DNA of 64,000 bases, taken from a virus. Positions within the stretch are counted from its first letter, which is position 1; the number at the start of each line of letters is the position of its first letter. Both the position numbers and the translations under genes were made by a program. The notes beneath the pieces were generated by a model. That model searched no databases. It was not told the DNA's origin and saw nothing but the letters and a program-made list of their open reading frames with translations. Where the stretch lies: IMG/VR virus record IMGVR_UViG_3300027896_000010, positions 129,438 through 193,437 of that record; one strand, 5' to 3'. Positions 61,701 to 64,000 of this stretch are shown here, piece after piece.

Positions 61701-63852
61701 TCTTGATATCAGATTTTGAAGTCTCAGTTCTAGAAGACCTAGTCTGAATCCTAGCTTTGGAAGTCTCTGTTTTAGTAGACCTAGTCTGAATCCTAGCTTT
61801 CGATGTTTCGGTTTGAGTAGAACGAACCTGAATCCTAGCTTTGGAAGTTTCTGTTCGAGTAATACTCCTCTTGATATCAGATTTTGAAGTCTCTGTTTTA
61901 GTAGAACGAACCTGAATCCTAGCTTTCGATGTTTCGGTTTTAGTAGAACGAACCTGAATCCTAGCCTTAGAAATCTCTGTATGAGTAGAACGAACCTGAA
62001 TACGAGCCTTAGAGGTTTCGGCTCTGGTAGAACGAACCTGAATACGAGCCTTAGAGGTTTCGGTACGAGAGACAGCTTTTTTGATATCAGCTTTGGCAGA
62101 ACAATACTCCAGTAGAAATACATTCCCACCATGGATATCCTCTGTATAATAAGAAGCAAATTCTACCGTGTAAGTATCATCAGTAAAGACTCTTATAGAC
62201 CTGTCAGAGCCAGAAGGAATAAGAGTAATGATTCCACTTACTTCAACAGCCTCATCTATTACACTGGCTCCAGAATAGACTCTAGCCGCCATTCCAGAAG
62301 GAACGTTAGTTATTGTTATCTTAAGTAAGTCATTCCAATCGGTAATTGCATTGACAGTTGCCCGTTCTCCAGAAGATAAAATCCTGCCCCAAATAGCTGA
62401 AAGTTGAGAACCAGTAACCCAAGACCATCCACCCGTATTAGAACCAAAGAAGCAGTTTACTCCTTCAGCAGATTCCCTAACGCCAACACCAGCCTTATCT
62501 GTTGCAGCTACACCATCCAAGTAAAGGTCTATAGTATTATCAGCAGCCAGCGTAGCTATTATCTTATGTGTACCTGCCGCCCAATTTGTACTATCTACTG
62601 CTATACGAGCATACTTATAATCAGGGAATCCTGTAGATGCGACAACCAAGAGATACAGGTAGTTGTCTCCACTCTTAAAAATACTTACACTGTTTGGTAA
62701 TATGGTTGTAACACCATTGACAAATACAAGGTGGGTATCATTGTCATCTCCAACCCAAGATGTATTAGTAGTAAAGAACAGCGTTAGTGAATCACCAATA
62801 GCAAAAGGCGTTGCTATTTCACATGACGTATATTCATCTGTCGAAATCTTAGGCGCAGCTACCCCCAACAAGTTTTCGGTTGCTGGTGTACCCGTAGTGG
62901 CAAAAGAAACCCCTGTTATTGCATCTATTATTCCGCTTGTACCATCCGACAATAAGAGCTTTTGGTCATCAAACGTCTTTACCAGACGAGTGGTAGACAT
63001 AGTTTTCTTTATGTCTGACTTAGAAGTTTCAGTGCGTGAGATAGGAGCGAAGATACTAGCTTTAGAGGTCTCTGTTTTGGCAAGAGTAATCTGGATACGA
63101 GCCTTGGAGGTTTCAGTTCTGGTACGAGCATGCTTAATATCAGATTTGGAAGTCTCGGTTCGAGACGTAGCCTTTTTAATGTCTGCCTTGGCTACTAACC
63201 GATATATTTCCCCTTCTTTGATACAAGCCCTTGAAGTTTCTGTGCGATAGGTAACACGTTTGATATCAGACTTAGAGGTCTCTGTTTTAGTAGAACGAAC
63301 CTGAATCCTAGCTTTGGAAGTCTCGGTTTTAGTAGAACGAACCTGAATCCTAGCTTTGGATGTCTCTGTTCTGGTATGAGTAAGCTTGATATCGGACTTA
63401 GAGGTCTCAGTTCGAGACATAGCCTTTTTGATATCTGCTTTGGAAATTTCTGTACGAGTAAAACGAACCTGAATCCTAGCTTTGGAAGTCTCGGTTCTAG
63501 TAGAACGCGCCTGAATCCTAGCTTTGGAAGTCTCGGTACAAGTGCGGGTTGTAAACGCAGATTTGAGATTAGCCTTGGAGGTTTCGGTGTGAGTGGAACG
63601 AGTCTGAATCCTAGCTTTGGAAGTCTCAGTTCGAGACGTAACCTTTTTGATATCAGACTTAGAGGTTTCTGTTCTGGAAACAGGCTTTTTGATACTGGCT
63701 TTGCCAGTGAGGGTTACAGTAGATTTCTTTCGGATATCTGCTTTGGCAGTAGAGGTTTTGGAAGCAACCTTTCTAATATCTGCTTTGGCAGTAAAGCTCC
63801 ACTCTGCTCCGTATTTAGCTTCACCGTATAGAAAATTACCGTAAATAGGCAT
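58711..63852 (-). CDS. giant 14-aa-repeat fibre-like protein with inserted LamG/ConA-like domain
   Basis: Consensus xxTETSKA(R/D)I(Q/K)xx; LamG-like segment (HKIIATL...LYLDG...FFGS...IWGRILS) at about 62300-62830. Confidence 0.8.
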   Translation of the reverse strand: MPIYGNFLYGEAKYGAEWSFTAKADIRKVASKTSTAKADIRKKSTVTLTGKASIKKPVSRTETSKSDIKKVTSRTETSKARIQTRSTHTETSKANLKSAFTTRTCTETSKARIQARSTRTETSKARIQVRFTRTEISKADIKKAMSRTETSKSDIKLTHTRTETSKARIQVRSTKTETSKARIQVRSTKTETSKSDIKRVTYRTETSRACIKEGEIYRLVAKADIKKATSRTETSKSDIKHARTRTETSKARIQITLAKTETSKASIFAPISRTETSKSDIKKTMSTTRLVKTFDDQKLLLSDGTSGIIDAITGVSFATTGTPATENLLGVAAPKISTDEYTSCEIATPFAIGDSLTLFFTTNTSWVGDDNDTHLVFVNGVTTILPNSVSIFKSGDNYLYLLVVASTGFPDYKYARIAVDSTNWAAGTHKIIATLAADNTIDLYLDGVAATDKAGVGVRESAEGVNCFFGSNTGGWSWVTGSQLSAIWGRILSSGERATVNAITDWNDLLKITITNVPSGMAARVYSGASVIDEAVEVSGIITLIPSGSDRSIRVFTDDTYTVEFASYYTEDIHGGNVFLLEYCSAKADIKKAVSRTETSKARIQVRSTRAETSKARIQVRSTHTEISKARIQVRSTKTETSKARIQVRSTKTETSKSDIKRSITRTETSKARIQVRSTQTETSKARIQTRSTKTETSKARIQTRSSRTETSKSDIKRSITRTETSKARIQTRSSRTETSKADIKKSITRAEISKARIQITYGKAEASRARIQKKSSYALVSRADIKEVTSRTEISKAFIQHIEDFILNAKASIFGTTDRAELSKARIQIRYTRTETSKARIEITSAQAEASRADIKKTVSRAEISKARIQTRSAYTETSKARIQTKNSVALISRADIKGTTARTEISRAFVKHIEDFIFNARADIKGITAYTLTSKADIKNVVSRTDASKARIETTTSRTESSRASVKSATTHAVTSMADVKSHIDRYELSWARIQGKYYPTLVARADIKSTTAQTEWSQSDIKKTIVRTESSKARIETVAKHTETSKARIQTRSTYTETSTADVKGVTSRTEISKAFIKHIGDYIFNAKASIFGTTDRTGDSKADIKKTIARAEDSKADIKTATTRTEQSRADIAKVVSRTEYSKSDIESTTDRTEESRARIETRGYSSPLFKSDIKSTTSRAESSKADIAGIIGRTLTAKAYITKVTQKTFDAKASIAEIGIGTFTAKAYIKKTISYELKAQADIKGVTTRTLTARASIKEGEYQRIDAKADIKTTTSRTISAKADVKGTPLHTETSKACIEKRYQHDTESLASIAKTVERTESSKASIKEGEYQRIDAKADIASVTTRTEASRAYIKTTTSYTESSKANIQGKQTETSKACIEATSFSTLDSQADVKNTIEKALSSKARIEHIYRYTESSKADIAGFTQHWLTGKARIGAWKTSVWHEQSKAFIQYISHQYELSKANIKGTVEYHEQSSADIASWSVQYLIASADIKRTASKSLDARAYLSGLRTRTETSKASVKGLSERKLECRAFIEYLVPSPPIVVSCTEMYRPHCLPAHTPDWVYSPSVKAQTSTLYPVHCLSANNSGLMYPPSILALASTLYPVHCKPAHAKDWIYQPGIKVWVSTLYAAHCKPAHAKDWMYTPSIKTWISTLYTAYCLPEHTPEIHPPRLEAWVSTLYPAHCLPIGPKVHVKTIGAKASIARR
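58745..59190 (-). repeat. about six 26-aa (78-bp) His-Cys repeats
   Basis: STLYP(V/A)HC(L/K)PAH..DW.Y.P.I units. Confidence 0.8.
59235..63800 (-). repeat. coding 42-bp tandem repeat array, interrupted at about 62100-63000
   Basis: e.g. agaacgaacctgaatcctagctttggaagtctcggttttagt recurs at 42-bp period near 63292. Confidence 0.9.
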
Positions 63853-63939
63853 TAATTACCACCGTTGTATCGGCGCACCTAGAACCCACATTGAATTGTG
63901 AGTGGTATGAAGCCATGTGCAACTCTATCTTATAAGCAA

Positions 63940-63965
63940 AATACCCGACTTAATTGTCGGGTATT
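63940..63965 (-). terminator. stem-loop, probable terminator of an upstream unit
   Basis: AATACCCGAC-6 nt-GTCGGGTATT perfect 10-bp stem then TTGCTT. Confidence 0.65.
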
Positions 63966-64000
63966 CCTTGCCAATCCTCAGCTAGATTTAAATCAAATTA

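Noticed and set aside
59235-63800. 42-bp repeats as a CRISPR array
   Set aside because: Units are contiguous without unique spacers, vary mainly at synonymous positions and lie within one open reading frame
426-63844. The many plus-strand and nested ORFs in the track (e.g. 7628..8299, 59855..60843, 43064..43820)
   Set aside because: They are antisense shadows of convincing minus-strand genes, lack RBS and show no recognisable motifs
1-64000. Stop-codon reassignment
   Set aside because: Long genes are intact in the standard code, and TAG, TGA and TAA all end genes at tight junctions

Overview
This 64 kb window is part of a large tailed (contractile-tail, myovirus-like) bacteriophage genome. 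Every credible gene is on the minus strand. In transcription order (64000 toward 1) it holds: a 1713-aa protein built from a 14-aa repeat; two large modular proteins (1219 and 864 aa) punctuated by a recurring (A)SRKTA motif; the head module (portal, HNH endonuclease, prohead protease, large scaffold-like protein, decoration protein, major capsid protein); neck genes; tail sheath, tube, chaperones with a -1 frameshift and a short tape measure; baseplate genes; two giant adhesin-like proteins (2767 and 1249 aa); and a holin. After these comes an early/accessory region with sigma-A-type promoters, an atypical OmpR-family regulator, a SigH-like sigma factor, a metallophosphoesterase, two tRNAs and many small hypothetical genes. 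From memory, the capsid, portal and protease resemble those of Bxz1-like (cluster C mycobacteriophage-type) actinophage myoviruses; this needs a database search. I found no terminase, replication genes, integrase, endolysin or CRISPR array in the window. The leading candidate for an undescribed system is a set of head-associated cassette polyproteins. Their domains are joined by an SRKTA peptide that is also conserved at DNA level and appears in the capsid protein leader, suggesting protease-released cargo with swappable modules. All product calls come from reading motifs by eye; no searches were run.
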